A stretch of DNA of 64,000 bases, taken from Camelus ferus (Eukaryota). The stretch covers positions 39,744,001-39,808,000 of the forward strand of contig NC_045697.1 of the NCBI RefSeq assembly GCF_009834535.1, read 5' to 3'. This document shows positions 37,781 to 52,680 of the stretch, piece after piece. Numbering within the stretch: the first letter of the stretch is position 1; every line of letters begins with the position of its first letter. Both the position numbers and the translations under genes were made by a program. The notes beneath the pieces were generated by a model that was given only the letters and a program-made list of their open reading frames with translations, was not told where the DNA came from and made no database searches.

Positions 37781-40269
37781 AACTTTTTAAAACGTAAGCA
37801 GCTGAAAATATGCTCATGTCAGAGAAATCTCCTAGATGATGCTGTAACTCCTGCAGTCCCCATGTTAAAGGGCTCCTTTAACCTCTACTCGCCATTAGAG
37901 CCGGACTCCCAACTCAGCTTTGCCCCACACTCTAAGAACAGTCCTGTCCTTATGGAAAAACTAAGGAACACCTGCCAAAGGTGCTCAGGTAAAACCGACT
38001 TTTACTCCTCTGATCAAATTTCCACCTTGTACCGTCATTCTCGGACTTGGGCAGCTTCTATGTTCTCCTGGGCCTGGTGCCTAGCCCGAGACCTCAGCCA
38101 GGACTGAGACCTGCCCCCCAATACCTGACCTCCTATGCCAACCATAAGCCTTTCCTGCCTCGATGTCAGTGTACAGCCTCACGTGACACTAGTAAGTTCC
38201 TCCGCGGTTTCATAGGACACTATCTGATCCTTACCTCAAAATCTGTCAATAGCTTCCCTCTTGACCTCGTTTACCACAGCTAAGTGGTGTCAAAAGGGCA
38301 TGTCTAGATCCCCAGTTACCATCTACCCCCAGTATGGTCAAGACCTAGGCAAACCAATTCCTGTCCCATCACATACCAGCCACCAGAATAGACATGGAAC
38401 CACCATCACCACCACATCACAACTCGCAGCCCGGAAGGCAGAGGTACTGTTCAGTAATGATGAGATTTGTGGAAAATTAAACCAACGGTTGTCCCAAGTC
38501 CAACTTAATCTCATTTCTTCCAGCCAGAAAACTGAGCTCATCTGATTCAACTAGGGATCTGTTACAGGGAAATTTTAATCCCCCTTCAAGAATCTACTCC
38601 CTGAGGGAGGGCCAATGAGCTAAGGAATGCTTCATTGACACCTCTCCCTGAACACACCCCTGCCCAGCTGGGAACATTCAGGCTGCAGTGTACATTTTCA
38701 CAGGCAGTCTCTGCTGATTCATTCTGTCAAGACTACACACTGTATTTTGCAGATTATGACAGAACCTCAACCCACGCATTAAAATAATTAAACACTGGGG
38801 AAATATTTGGGGGTTTTTTTTGAGGATAAAAGTATAATTTCTCTCTGAGTCTCTCACAGCAACACTTTAAGATCTTTAGAAGTCTTAGTCTTGATAATTC
38901 AAAGCTCATTATCAACTTTGAATGAGCCAAGGTAATAGGGCAGAACAGTGGCAAATGTGGAATGCTGCTTAGAGCAAGTCAGCAGTTCAATTGCACTTAC
39001 ATTATTAGGGTCACTGCTATGTGGCTTTTAAGCCCATCATAATTTTTTTTATGTATTTTCAAGTTAATAGTGAGCTGGGCATTAAACCACCCCAGGGTGG
39101 TAGCAGAGAAGGATGAGACAGGAGGGAAGATGGATGTGGCCGATATGAACCTAATCCTCGCAACAACCCTATAAGGTAACAGCTCTAGAATAAGCCCCAG
39201 CAGAGAAAAAGTATGTAATTTGGCCAAGGCTCACCACTAGTGAGCAGTGGAGCTAGGACTGAAGCCTAGGTATTTCTGACTTCAAAGCCCATTATACACA
39301 CAAGGCTGTGTCATCTCCCCTCGTGGAAAAGGACTAGGCAGATCTTAAACTGGTAAAAAGAACCACCAAGTGAGGAGTTTAGTTACGGATAATGGAAATG
39401 GACTCTTTCCTCTTACTGTCTGTTCAGATGAGAAACATACCCAATAGTTTGCAGTTAACAACAAGAGCAGCTGGGTGGAAAATACACCAAATAAACAAAG
39501 TTAGTGATCAATATTTGGTACTAAATTCTTAATAAGACTAAAATAAAGCAAATGAAATGTCAGTGGTTAGTATGACAAAAGATTAAACTTTCATCACTCA
39601 GATGACTCCTTTCTGAGCTTCCCCAAATTGTCTACTCTAAGATTACTCTTTTATTTTTAATAGTAGAAAACAAAAGACAGAGCCATACTGCAGGAAATTC
39701 AGCGCTTTGCGCTGCCATTCTGTGGATTCCACATCCTCACGTTCATATCAACCCTGACTTTCATTTCCCATTGAATCCCACCCTAGTTTACATGTCACCT
39801 CCTACTGTTACACTCTGCTCTCCCCAGGCAGGTTTTCTCTAAAGTACTATCAATCTAGTCTGAGGGGTACAGCAGACTTTTACTAAAGGTTTGAGGTGAT
39901 GGAAATAAACTTGAGCTCAGCAAACCACTGAAAACAGAATATAACCCAAGTTTCCCTGCAGATCCCAACAAAGAGAATTTCCTAGCACCCAACTTTCCTT
40001 CTGGGATTACCTGGCCTCCCACCACATGGTGAAAATCTCCCTCATTTTCTTTGCTTCTGTGTCTGAAAGGTCCTATTCCTAAGCCATATTCCAACTACTT
40101 TCTTATCTTCATCTAAACATTCCGGGGGATCTGGACTATGCTTGGTGGTATCTCAACCCTTTAACACAACTGACTTTAAAGTGACCGCCCCCTCCCGAGA
40201 GTTACGTCCATTGAAAGAATTCTACCTTGTTCCTGACCCAAAGCACTGGAACCAGGGTCAGCTTTAAAA

Positions 40270-42830
40270 AAAATTTTTTTTTAATTCTCATACAGTAGAA
40301 CTGACCCTTTAGTGTACAATTCTATTAATTTAAGTACAAGTAACCAGTCCCACAATCAAGACACAGAACAGTTCCATCACCCCCAAAAAAGTCCCGTGTG
40401 TTACCCTCAGTCACACTCTCCTCAGCCCTAGTGACTACTGATCTGCTCCTATCACCACAGTTTTGTATTTTCAATACCGTCATATAAATGGAATCATATA
40501 GTATCTAACCTTTTGAAACTGGATTCTTTCACCCAATATAATGCCTCTGAGACTCATCCAAATTGTCACCTGTATCAATAGTTTGTTCCTTTCTATTAGT
40601 GAGTAGTATTCCATGGTATTTTGGATGTACCACAAAGCAATGTTTCCAGTTTTCAGTGATTATAAATAGAGATGTATAAACATTCATGTACGGGTTATTG
40701 TGTGAGTATAAGTTTTCATTTCTCTGGAGTAAATACCCAGGAATGAGTAATGTAATCTTCCTATACAGGTGAGTTATTTGTAAAAATCTAATATAATCAT
40801 CTCTGCATTTATAGTTTTATTTAGACTATTTATATTGAATATAATTATTAATATGTTTGGATGGATGGCCTACTTTTTTTATTATTTGTTTTCTGTTTCT
40901 TCCCTGTGTTTTTCATTGCTCTTTTTCTTCATTCCTGCCTTCTTTTGCACTAGTGTTCCATTTTAATTTATTGTGTTTTTTACTCTCTTTGTATAGTTAC
41001 TTGAGTGACTGCTCTGGGGATTACAATATAAATATTTAGCTTTCAAAGCATACTTAGAATCAGTGCTTTACCATTTCAAGTGGAATGCAGAAACTGTACC
41101 ACCAAAAAGGTCCCCTTTACCCCTTTCTCTTTAGGTTACAGTAACTTAAATATTACATCTACATACATTGAAAATTCTATCACAATATTGTAATTTTTGC
41201 TTTCAATCATGAAAATATTGTAAAGAACTTAAGAAGAGAATAGTCTATTATATTCATCCAGATATCTACTGTTTCTGTTGCTCTTCCTTCAGTTCCAATA
41301 TTCCTTCTGGTATCATTTCCCCTCCGTCCAAAGAACTTCCTTTAATTATTGATCAATACAGGTCTGCTAGCCATGAATTTTCTGCCTTTTCCTCCATCTG
41401 AAAATGACTTTGTTTCATCTTCATTTATGAAGGCTATTTTTTTGCTTAATACAGAATTCTGGATTGACTTCTTTTCTTTCAGCACTTTAAAAACACTGTG
41501 CCACTTATGGCCTCCTTACTTTCTGGGCTGAAATCCACAGTCATTTGCATCATTATTCCCCTGTAGGTAATATGTTGTTTTTCTTTGGTAGCTTTCACGC
41601 ATTCTCTTTGTCTTTAGTTTTCAGAAGTTTGATTATGATCTGTCTCGGTGTGGATTTCTTTGGATTTATCTCACTTGATCCACTGGACTTCTTGAATCTG
41701 TGTATTTATGTCTTTTGCCAAATTTGGAAGTTTTTCAGCCATTATCATTTTCAGCACCACATTCTTTCTCCTCTCCTACTACGACTCCAATGACATGAAC
41801 GTTAGGCCTTTTGTTCTTGTCCCACGAGCCCCTGAAATCCTGTTAATTTTTTCTCAGTCTTTTTTTAATCTCTGTTATTCAGACTGCATAATTTCTATTA
41901 ATCTATCTTCAATTTCAGAGTCTTTCCTCTGTCATTTCCATCTGCTACTGAAATTATCCAGTGAGTTTCTCATTTTAATTTCTGTGTTAGTTCTTCTTTA
42001 TACCATCTATTTCTTTGCAAAGAATTTCATTTTTCCATTTGCTTCACAACAGTTTGAGCCAGCTTATTGGAACATTTGTGTAATAGCTGCTTTAAAGTCT
42101 TCATCAGATAATCCCAATATCTATGTCATTCCAGCACTGGCATCTGTTGTCTCTCCTCCTGCTAGTAGACATTTTCCTGGGTTTCCATATGCTGAGTAAT
42201 TCAAAGTGTATCGTGAACACTTTGAATATTATAAGATTCTGGGTCTTATTAAATCTTCTGGAGAATGTTAACAATTTTGTTTTAGTTTTCAAAGCCTTTG
42301 CAGTGCTATTTGGATTTGTGTCCTCCACGCACCACATAGTGGCCACTCTGGACCTGAGTGGTGGTCTATTTGTTAGTTAAGTTTTCAAAGTCATTTATAT
42401 GCTAAGAAGAATTTGATCCACACATACACAGCTCAGGGGTGAGTCCAAGAGTTGATAGGTAACTATATGTAGTTGCTCTCCCATGTTCCTTATTCTCTGA
42501 GATCTCTCAGATACTTTCAGGTTTCATGGGGCTCCCTTTTTAGCTCTCCAGCCTACATACTGTACTTCCACAGCTGCACATGCCTCTGGGCCAAATGGTA
42601 AGAGGACCAGGGCGGGAAAATGGTAAACTCATTGCCAGTTCAGTGGTACTCTGAATTGTGGTCTTTCTTCCCAATCCACCTGCCATTATTTGCTTTTCAG
42701 AGTCTTCAAACAGCTGCTCCACACATTCTGTCCAGGTTTTATAACTGCATTCAGTAAGAGAGACGGGAAGGAATGTGCTTACTCTGTCCCCCCCTGGAAC
42801 TGGAAACCCAGAGTCTGACTTTTAAAATAA
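40270..42830 (-). mobile_element. Old L1M fragments (3'UTR piece at about 40270-40750 plus a 5'/ORF1 region)
   Basis: T-rich reverse L1 motifs: cacaatcaagacacagaacagttccatcacccc, tttctctggagtaaatacccagga, ttttgccaaatttggaagtttttcagccatt. Confidence 0.75.
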
Positions 42831-44189
42831 CATTGTTTTCTGCTACGTTTGTTTATTTTAACTGGAAAAAGTCCACAAACTGTCTTTGTTCCACTTGGCT
42901 AAATTTACAAAAACAAAAACAAAAATAAAACAAAGGTACAGCTCTCCTACAAATGCTCTAACTACAACTGTATTTAACCTTCCTATACAGTGAAGGGCTG
43001 GATTCCTGGAGGCGGCAGTATCTCTGAGCAGCTGATGCTTCATTTAACTTATCTGAGTATCAAATACCTATCTGCCTAATCGTATGTACGACTTCCCAAG
43101 TTTAAACAATCATTAAACCAAATATTTTCAATTAAAGAATCAGAAAGAAAGACTAGCTATGATAGAGTTCAGAGTAGTAGGTCTCAGTTCACGGCCAGGT
43201 GACTTTAATATTGGGTTTTAATGTTCACATACAAAGCCCAAAAACAAACACTATGAAAAATGTTTAAGAATATTTTCTTTTTAAAGCCATAAGTATAAAT
43301 TTACCATGTATGGTTTCAGATGCAATAAGCCAAATTCACTGACTAAGTCAATAAAAACACTTGGAGGTCTGTCACAGGGAACGGGAGGGGAGACTTTGTG
43401 CTTCTGAGTCATTAGCAGTTCACTGCTCAGAATAAGACCAGCTGCAGTGACTCAGTTATGTTCAGGAGCTCAGAATTGCCAACCATGGCATAATCTAACA
43501 TTTTTTAAAGGATTTTAATAGAGAAAGATTGTAAATGAGAAAACTACCTGACAGATCTGGTAGAGGGAATCTTAAAAGCAAAAGGAACCACTGCTGTGGT
43601 GATACAGTCGTGTATGTAACTTTGTATCATTAAATGCCTAAATCCTCCAGTTGATAATTCAAAAAGACGGAAATCTTAATCCTTGGCACAAAATACTAAG
43701 TCCCTCGAAGTTCAGCTCACAGGTTACCATGGATGCTTTCTCCTTCACAAAGCTTTTGTTTTCTGTACCATGACAGCACCAGCACCAGTGCACCTGCTTG
43801 GGTACCTGCATGAACTAGTGTAAGCTCCAGGAAGACTGCCTCACATTGAAGAAATGCTAGTGAACACCTGTTCAATACATGCAGTTTTTAACATCAAAAT
43901 GCAAAGGTCAGGCTTTAAGATGTCTCAAATGGCTGCCAAAAAAATTACAGACAAATTATGGCACTGTAATTCCTATTAAAGGAGGGGAAAACGAACTGGT
44001 TATTTCAAAATCACTGGGAGAGTTCAGGGGTATTTCAAAGGATCCTCACCCTTCAGGGGGAATCAAGAAACTAAAACATTTTCAAAAGATACATGAATCA
44101 GAGAAGTGACAGAACCAAAACAGATCCATTTAGAAAATAAATTAATCTGTGCAAGATCCACTAATATAAATAGAACATTATTACGAAAA

Positions 44190-44520
44190 TTCAATTTTCC
44201 CCCACCAGTATATCTCTTTACATGAGGCTTCTTCACATAGGGCTGGTCAGTTATGACCTCCATTTCCAGCCCTTCTCCCTTCTTTGGAGAAGGGGAGGGA
44301 GGCTGAAAATTTCCAAGCTTCTAATCATGGCTGGGTCTTTGATGACCAGCTCCCAACCAGGAGCCCACCCAGAGTCACTTCATTAAAACAAAAGATGCTC
44401 CTGGTACCCTTATCACTTAAGAATTTATAAAGGTTTTAGGAGCTCTGTGTGTAGGAACCAGATTAGGGGAGGAAGAGAAGGAAGAGACCAATATACATAT
44501 ATCCCCTATTTTCTCATCAA
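44190..44520. mobile_element. MER21-like LTR fragment
   Basis: ttctaatcatggctgggtctttgatgaccagctccc...aaggttttaggagctctgtg; ends approximate. Confidence 0.6.
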
Positions 44521-44837
44521 CATTTATTGTCACCCAAAGTAAAAACCTACCCCTTCCAATTTCCACCACATCCTACACTTAACACTAGAACAATTCTACT
44601 TCCTCACTGCTCAAATATGTCAACTTTGGCCTCCCTAGAAGGCAGCCAAAACCCATGGACTGACCCAAAAGAGAATAAAAAGCCCTCTTTAAGTCACAAA
44701 ATATACCGAGTAGCTGACGTGTTGTAACTGTGCAATCACAAAATACTTACCTCTCCGCTTATCTTCAAAGAAGTTGTGTTAAAAGTCTCTATTTTTTACT
44801 TACCATTTAAACTGTGGTAAAGTAAAAATTATCTTTG

Positions 44838-45013
44838 ATTATATAAAATAAACAAGGATCTACTGTATAAGCACAGGGAACCATACTCAATATCTTGTAA
44901 TAAGCTTAATGGGAAATATGAAAAAGAATATAAATGTGTATAACTGAATCACTTTGCTGTACACCAGAAACTAACACAATATTCTAAATCAACTGTACTT
45001 CAATTTTAAAAAT
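44838..45013 (+). mobile_element. Artiodactyl-type L1 3' end fragment
   Basis: aacaaggatctactgtataagcacaggga...actgaatcactttgctgtacaccagaaactaacaca. Confidence 0.8.
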
Positions 45014-45979
45014 ACCTAAATCAAAAATTAGAGATAATAAGCTGATTAGTTTTTTAGAAGAAAATGAAGGACACAAAAATTGAAGTTTTGACACAAATCC
45101 AATCTATATCTCTGAAAAAAGTAAACAGTAGACACCTTATGTTATTATACCACCCATTAGCACAAACTTTAAGGCAGGCATTTTGACAATATTCCAGTAG
45201 CTTTAGAATTTTGCATGTTCATTGATCCAACAGTCAAATTTCTACAAATATATGCTAAAGAAATGCTATAAACTGCATTGCTATTAACATAAAAAATTAG
45301 AAATTGGAATTATACACTATAAATTGAAATATGCAGTCATTAAAAAGACTGATATAGATCATTATGAACATCATCACAGAAAAACATTCATTAGATAGTA
45401 AATGGAAAAGAAAGTTATAAAGAAGTATGATGTGACTCCACTTAAAAATTACACTGATATTTAAAAAATAATGGAAGGATGTATTTCAAACTAATAACAA
45501 TGTCTTTTGTTCAAGATGGTAAAACTAAAAAGTAAAACTTTTATTTGCTTCTTTTTGTTTATGGGTATTTAACCTGTGAGCAATACACATGTTTTACTTT
45601 TGTACTATGGACATTTTTTAAGCTTTTTAAAAAAGATTTCTTACCACTTCCCTCTCCTACCCACAACTTTTTTCAACAACTCAAATCTTTTTCATTCAAT
45701 GCAATGTAACAGGAAATTAGTTCTAAGATAGCAGATTGTTTATGACTATTTTAGACTATATGCTACCTAATAAACAGTACCACTGCACAATAATAATGCA
45801 AGATGAGATGCTTCCAGAAGGGTTTCCTAAAAATAGTTAATCCTACTTGATTTTTATACATTTGGGTAAAATTTTACCATTGCAGGCAAAACATCCCTGT
45901 ATTGAGATCCACTTACTTTATCTACTTACTACTATGGAATTGTAGTCATCTATCCATTTTCTCTTAGAAACGTGTATAT

Positions 45980-48900
45980 AAAAACTCCAATCAGAATACA
46001 AAGATAATCTGCTTGGATTGATGTGCAGGACCCAACTATATGTAGTCTTTAAAAATATATAATATTTAAATGCAAACACACAGGAAAATAAAAAATAAAT
46101 GGAAAGAAAGAGATATACCATGCTAACACTAATCAAAAGAAAGCTACAATTGCTATATTCATATCAGGCAAGGTAGATTTCAAAACAATGAATATTATCA
46201 GGGATAAAGAAAGACATTTAATGATGTTAAAAGGAACAACTCATCAAGAAGACCTAACAATCTAAAATGTGTACATACCTAATAACAGAGCTTTAAAATA
46301 CATAGAGCAATACTTAAAAGAGCCAGAAGAAATAAGCAAATCAGCAATGATAGTGAAAGATTTCAACACTATTCTCTCAGCAACTAATTTAACAAGTAAA
46401 AGCAAAATCAATAAATATATAAAAGATCTGAACAACACTATCACCCAACTTGATTTAATTGGTACTTTTAAAATATTCTATCCATCAACAGCAAAATACA
46501 TCACTCTTTCAATTGTACACAGATTACTCACCAAGACAGATCATATTCTGGGCCATAAAACAAATCTGAATAAATGTAAGAGGCCCAAAATCATACAAAA
46601 AATGTACTCTGAAAACAGAGTATTAAACTAGAATCATTAACTGAAAAATCTCAGTAAAATCCCTATATACTTGCATAAAAAACTACACACTTCTAAATAA
46701 CGCATGGGTCAAAGAAGAAATCACAAGGGAAATTATTACAAGATATTTTTAACTGAATAAAAGTAAAAATACATCCAACTAAAACCTGTGGAATATAGCT
46801 AAAGTGATGCCTTAATGAAAATTTTAGCCTGAAATGCTTACTAAAATAGGAGTAAATCAGTGATTTAAATTTCTACATTAAGAAACTAGAAAAAAATATA
46901 GTAAATTAAGTACAAAATAAACAAAAGGAAGCAATAAACATAAGAGTACAAATCAGTCAAACAAAGAAAACTAAAAAAGATTTTTTAAAAATCATTGAAA
47001 TCAAAATTTTTTCTTTGAAAATATTGGTAAAATAGATTAACCTCTAGCCAATCTAATTGGAAAACAGAGGACACAAATTACCTACATCAGAAAAAAAGAT
47101 CTTACAGACATGAAAAGGATAATAAGGGAATATTATGAACTATTTCCGCCAATAAATTTGACAACTTAGGTGAAGTAGACAAATTCCTTGAAAGACACAA
47201 ACTACGAAAACGCACCTAATATAAAACAGATAATCTAATCCTATATCTTCTTTAAAAATTGAAATTATAACTAAAAAAATCCCCACAAAAAAACCCGTAG
47301 GCTCAGATGGCTTTACTGGTGATTCTACCAACCATTTAAGTAAAAAATAATAACCTATAATAAATCTATATTAATATAGACAAACTCTTCCAGAAAACAG
47401 AAGAGGAAATACTTCCAAACTCATTTTATGAGTCCAGCATTACCCACATAACAAAACCAAAGGCACTACAAGAAAAGGAAACCAATCATCCTTATGAACA
47501 TAAATGTACAAATCCTTGTCAAATTTTTAGAAATCAAAAGCAGCAATATATAAAAATTACTTAGATTTATTCTGAGTGCAAGATTGGCTTAATATTCAAA
47601 AATAATCAATATAATTCATCACCTTAACACTAAAAATGAGACACAATGCAATCTCTTGAATAGGTTCAGAATAACATTTAACAAAATTCATCACTCATGA
47701 CTTTTTTAAAAATCAGTAAATACCAGAGAACTTCCTCAACTTGATAAAACACATCCAAGAAAAAAAACACTGCTAACATCACACTTAACGGTGAAAACTA
47801 ATTCCTTCCCTCTAAAATCAGGAACACAGAAAGGATGTCCTTTTTTACTACCTCTATTCATCACTGCACTAGAGTTCATTTGGTAAAATAAGGCAAGAAA
47901 ACAAAATAAAAGACATACAGACTGGGAAGGAAGAAATAAAACTGAATTGATTTATAGACACTACCATTTATGGAGAAATTCCTAAGGAGTCTACAAAAAA
48001 ACATAACGAGAACTATTAAGAGAATTTAGCAAGGTTATTCAAGATCAATACACAAAAAATTAACCTTATTTCTATAAACTATTAAAAATAGAAATTATTT
48101 TAAAATACCGTATGTAATAACATCAAAAATATTAAAAATTTAGGAACAAAACATGTGCAAGACCTGTACACTAAGTACAAAACATTGCAAAGAAAAATTA
48201 AAGACGACCCCCAAAATAGAGACATACACTATGTTCACAAATCATAAGACTCAATATTGTTAAGATATCTATTCTCCCCAGATTGCTCTATAGATCCAAT
48301 GCAATCTTAATGAAAATCCCAGCAGGTTTTTTGATAAAAACTGAAAAGCTGATTCTCAAATTTATATGCAAAAGCCAACGAGCTAGAACAGCCAAAACAA
48401 TTCTGAAAAAGAACAAAGTTAGAGAATTTACACTATTTGTACTACATACTTTTTGAAGATTCACTATAAAGCTACAGTAATCAACATAGTGTAGAACTAA
48501 GGATGAACACGCAGATTAACAGAATAGAATGCCTAGAGATAAACCAGCACACACACAGCCAATTAATTTTCAAATGCGCCAAGGTAATGCAGTGGGGGAT
48601 AGTCTTTTCAACAATGGAACTAAAAACTGAACATCCATACGCAAAAAATGAACTCTGACCATTATCTCACACACACATAAATCATTAACTTGGAATGAAT
48701 CCTAGGCGTAAATGAAAGAGCTAAACTATAAAATTCGAAGAAGAAAAGTCAGGAGAAAAATGACTATAATCTTGAGTTAGGTAAAATTCTTAGGACACAG
48801 AAAGCATGAATCATAAAAATTAAAACTGATAATTAGATTTCATCAAAATAAAAAGTTTTGCTCTTCAAAAGACAGTTAAGAAAATGAAAAGGAAAATCAC

Positions 48901-50000
48901 TGATCGAAAGAAAATATCTGCAAAATGTATCACTGATAAAAGATTTGTGTACTGAATATATAAAGAACTATTACATCTCAAAAATAAGACAACCAATTTG
49001 ATTTTCTAATTTTTTTTTGCTTTTTTTATTTGTTTGTTTGGTTTTGGGGGGAGACAATTAGGTTTATTTTTGTTTATTTATTTAATGGAGATACTGGGGA
49101 TCGAACCCAGGATCTCATGCATACTAAGCATGCACTCTACCACTAAGCTATATCCTCCCCCTCCAATTTGATTTTTAATAGGCAAAATATTTGAACATAT
49201 ATTTGCCAAAAATAAGATATACAAATAGCTAAAAATAAGCACATGAAAAGTTGCTCATGATCATTAGTCATTGATGAAATACATATAAAAACCACAATGA
49301 GATTCCATTATATATCAATTTGAATGGCTAAAGTTAAAAAAAAAAACTGACAATACCAAGTTATGGTGAGAATGGGGAGCAACTAAAACTCTTATAAACT
49401 GCTGGTATAAATGTAAAATGAAACAGTCACTAGAAATCTGGCAGTTTCTTATAAACACACACTTACCATATGAACCAGCAATCCCAGCTCCAGGAATTTA
49501 CTCAAGAAAAATGAAAACATATGTCTACACAATACTTGTACTCAAATATTCATAGCAATTTTACTCAAAATAACCCAAATCGGGGAAAAAAACCCAATTC
49601 CCCATCAATTGGTTAATGGATAAACAATGTGATAAATCCATAAGATGGACAAAAACTCAGCAAACAAAAAGAAACTACTGATGCAACTGTAAAAACAATC
49701 TCAAAAGCATTATTCCAAGAAGCCAGACAAAAAGACTACTTAACACGATTCCATTTATATAAAATTCTAGGAGTCAAAACTATGGTGACAAAAAGTAGAT
49801 ACAGGGTAAAAGCAGTTGGTATGGAGATGGAATAGACTACAAAGGGCATAAAAGTCTGGAGGAATAAAAGAAATGTCCTCTATTGTGACTGCAGTGGTAG
49901 TTACCTGACTGCCTACAACTGTCAAAACTCACTATGTTGCACACTTAAAATTGATAAATCCTATTGCATATAAATTATATCTCAATAGAGCTATTAAAAT
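45980..50000 (+). mobile_element. Old L1M, about 4 kb, near-complete degenerate ORF2 (endonuclease to 3'UTR)
   Basis: ORF 46269-46631 shows L1 endonuclease motifs (YIPN, DFNTILS, DHILGHK); RT remnants at 47300-47960; ends taaattatatctcaatagagct. Confidence 0.9.
49006..49162 (-). mobile_element. Vic-1-like SINE inserted in L1
   Basis: Reverse tRNA-like head; 13-bp TSD ccaatttgatttt at 48993-49005 and 49163-49175. Confidence 0.88.
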
Positions 50001-50335
50001 ATAGTACACACATCAGACAAAGTACAAGTTTATCATATACAAAATTTTTTATAGATATTTCAGTCAAAAGATAAATAAGATTGGTTCTCCACTCAAGCTC
50101 ACTCTGACTGACCAGGCAAGCAAGGCAGATGAGCTGACGTTATAGCACAGCATTATGGCAGAGACACATGCTACTGCTGAAGACAGCCTACTTGAGAGGC
50201 ATCTAATCCAGCCTGCGGTGGAGGGGAGACAGAGTCAGGAAAGGCTCCTTGGAAGAGGCAACAACCAACCTGCGTCCTGAGTGATAAAGAGCTAATTATT
50301 CCCACATTCATTCATCCATCCATCCAAAATCAGCA

Positions 50336-50472
50336 AGGGTATAGCTCAGTGGTACAGTGCATGCCTAGCATGCAGGAGTTCCTAGGTTTAATCCCCATCA
50401 CTTCCACTAAAAAATAAATAAATAAATCTAATTACCTCCCCAACCCCCATTCAAAAGGAAAAAAAAAAAAAA
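50336..50472 (+). mobile_element. Vic-1-like SINE
   Basis: agggtatagctcagtggtacagtgcatgcctagcatgc...ctaattacctcccc...poly(A). Confidence 0.85.
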
Positions 50473-50519
50473 GTGACCCAAAGTCTTTAACAGCAGATTT
50501 AAAGATTACATTATAATGA

Positions 50520-51113
50520 CAAAAAGATACATGCACCCCAATGTTCACAGCAGCACTATATACAATAGCCAAAACATGGCAACAACTTAAAGGTCCATCG
50601 ACAGATGAGTGGATAAAGAAGTTGTAGTATATTTATACAATGGAATACTACTCTGCCATAAAAAAGAATAAATAATGCCATTTGCAGCAATATGGATGGA
50701 CCTAGAGATCATCATTCTACGTGAAGTAAGCCAGAAGGAGAAAGAAAAATACCATATGATATCACACATTTGTGGTATCTGAAGAAAAAAAGGGGTAGGG
50801 GAGACACTTGAACTCATCTTCAAAACAGAAAGAGACTCACAGACATAGTAAACAATCTTATGGTTACCAGGGAAAGGGGATGCAGGGGATAAATTAGGAA
50901 GTTTGAGATTTACAAATATTAGCCACTATATATAAAAATAGATTTTTTTTAAAGTTTCTTTTGTATAGCACAGGGAACTATGTTCAGTATCTTATAATAA
51001 ATTTTAATGGAAAAAAATGAAAATGAATATATGTATGCACATGCATGACTGCATTAATGTGCTGTACACCAGAGAAAGACACATTGTAGTTGACTGTATT
51101 TCAATTTTTAAAA
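50520..51113 (+). mobile_element. Relatively young 5'-truncated L1 with 15-bp TSD
   Basis: aaaagatacatgcaccccaatgttcacagcagcac...; TSD attacattataatga at 50505-50519 and 51114-51128. Confidence 0.9.
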
Positions 51114-51509
51114 ATTACATTATAATGAAGTAAATCCAATGACAAAAATGTGTACAGCACATTATGAGAGGACAAAGGATGAGAAATAAAACCAGCCTGA
51201 GGAGGCCTGCGGGAAGCTTCCTAGGAGTACGCAGAGAGGAGTCTCTAAAGCAGTGACTCACGACAGAAAATAAGCAGCAGAAGCCCTAAGGAAACTTTCT
51301 CTAAACACATATACCTGGGTCCATCCCAGCCTCCAGAATCAGAACATTTAGGGAAGACCAGATATCTATAACTTTTTCTCATTCCTGACTCCTGAGCTCC
51401 CCTCTGTTGTTTCTTTCACTCCTATGTTTGATTAATAATTTCTCATTGCAGACATCTGTACTTTTTTAAAAGTTGCCCAGGTGATTCTGAATATTAAGAA
51501 ACTGCCTTG

Positions 51510-52505
51510 AAAAGCTTCACAGCACTGGATTTGGTAATGATTTCTTGGATAGGACACCAAAGGCACAGGCGAAAAAAGAGACAAACTGGACTTCATGAAA
51601 ATTTAAACATTTTCAGCATCAAAAGATACTACCAACAGAGTAAAAAGGCACCCCACAGAATGGGAGAAAATATTTTCAACTCACATATCTGATAAGGGAA
51701 TAATATCCAGTATATATAAACTCCTAAAACTCAACAAAAAGCAAACAACCCAATTCAAAAAAGGGCAAAGGACATAGAAATTTCTTCAAAGAACATATAT
51801 AAATGTCCAATAAGCACATGAAAAGACTCTCAACGTCACTAATTATTAGGGAAATGCAAACCAAAACTACAATGAGATAGCACTTCACATCCATCAGGAT
51901 GGCTGCTATGAAAAAAACCAGAACATAACAAGTGTTGGTGAGGGTGTGGAGCAACTGAAATCCTTGCACACAGTTGGTGAGAATGTAACATGGTACAGCC
52001 CCTATGGAAAACAGTAGGAGACACCTCAAAAAATTAAAAATCTGCCAGCTTCACTTCTGGGTATATACCCAAGAGAAATGAAAGCAGGGTCTCAAAGAGA
52101 TATTTGTTTACACCTGCTCTTGGAGGTATTACTCACCGTAGCTAAAAAGAGGAAGCAACCCAAATGTCCACTGACAAATGAATGGATAAAGAAAATGCAG
52201 TATATCACAGAATGGACTATTATTCAGCCTTAAAAAAGGACTTCTGACACATGCTACAACATGGATTATACTAAGTGTGTAGCTAAAGTAGTCAAATTCA
52301 TAGAGACAGGAAGCAGAGTGCTGGCTGCTAGGGACTGGGAGAAAAGGAAACGGGGAGCTATTGTTTCAGTTTTACAAGATGAAAAGAGATTTAGAAATAG
52401 ACGGTGGTGATGGTAACACAACATTTACTACTACTGAACTGTACACTTAAAAATGGCTGAGATGGTAAACTTTCTGTTACATATGCTTTACCACAATAAT
52501 AAAAA
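51510..52505 (+). mobile_element. L1MB-type 3' portion
   Basis: gaatgggagaaaatatttt...gggaaatgcaaaccaaaactacaatgagata...gtacacttaaaaatgg. Confidence 0.85.
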
Positions 52506-52569
52506 GGAAACACTACATTGATTCTGAACTGGCTATACACATGGACTACCCACTTCATCAATAATAGTA

Positions 52570-52680
52570 AAATAGCCAGCACTTACTGACTGCTTCCCAT
52601 GTGTCAGGAACTGTTTTAAGAGCTTTATGTTTTACCTCATTTAATCCCCACAACAACCCTATGAAGTAGGCACTCCTGTG
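52570..52680 (-). mobile_element. MIR fragment
   Basis: ctcatttaatccccacaacaaccctatgaagtagg. Confidence 0.65.

Noticed and set aside
46269..46631. Endonuclease-like 120-aa ORF
   Set aside because: A degenerate L1 ORF2 endonuclease fragment.
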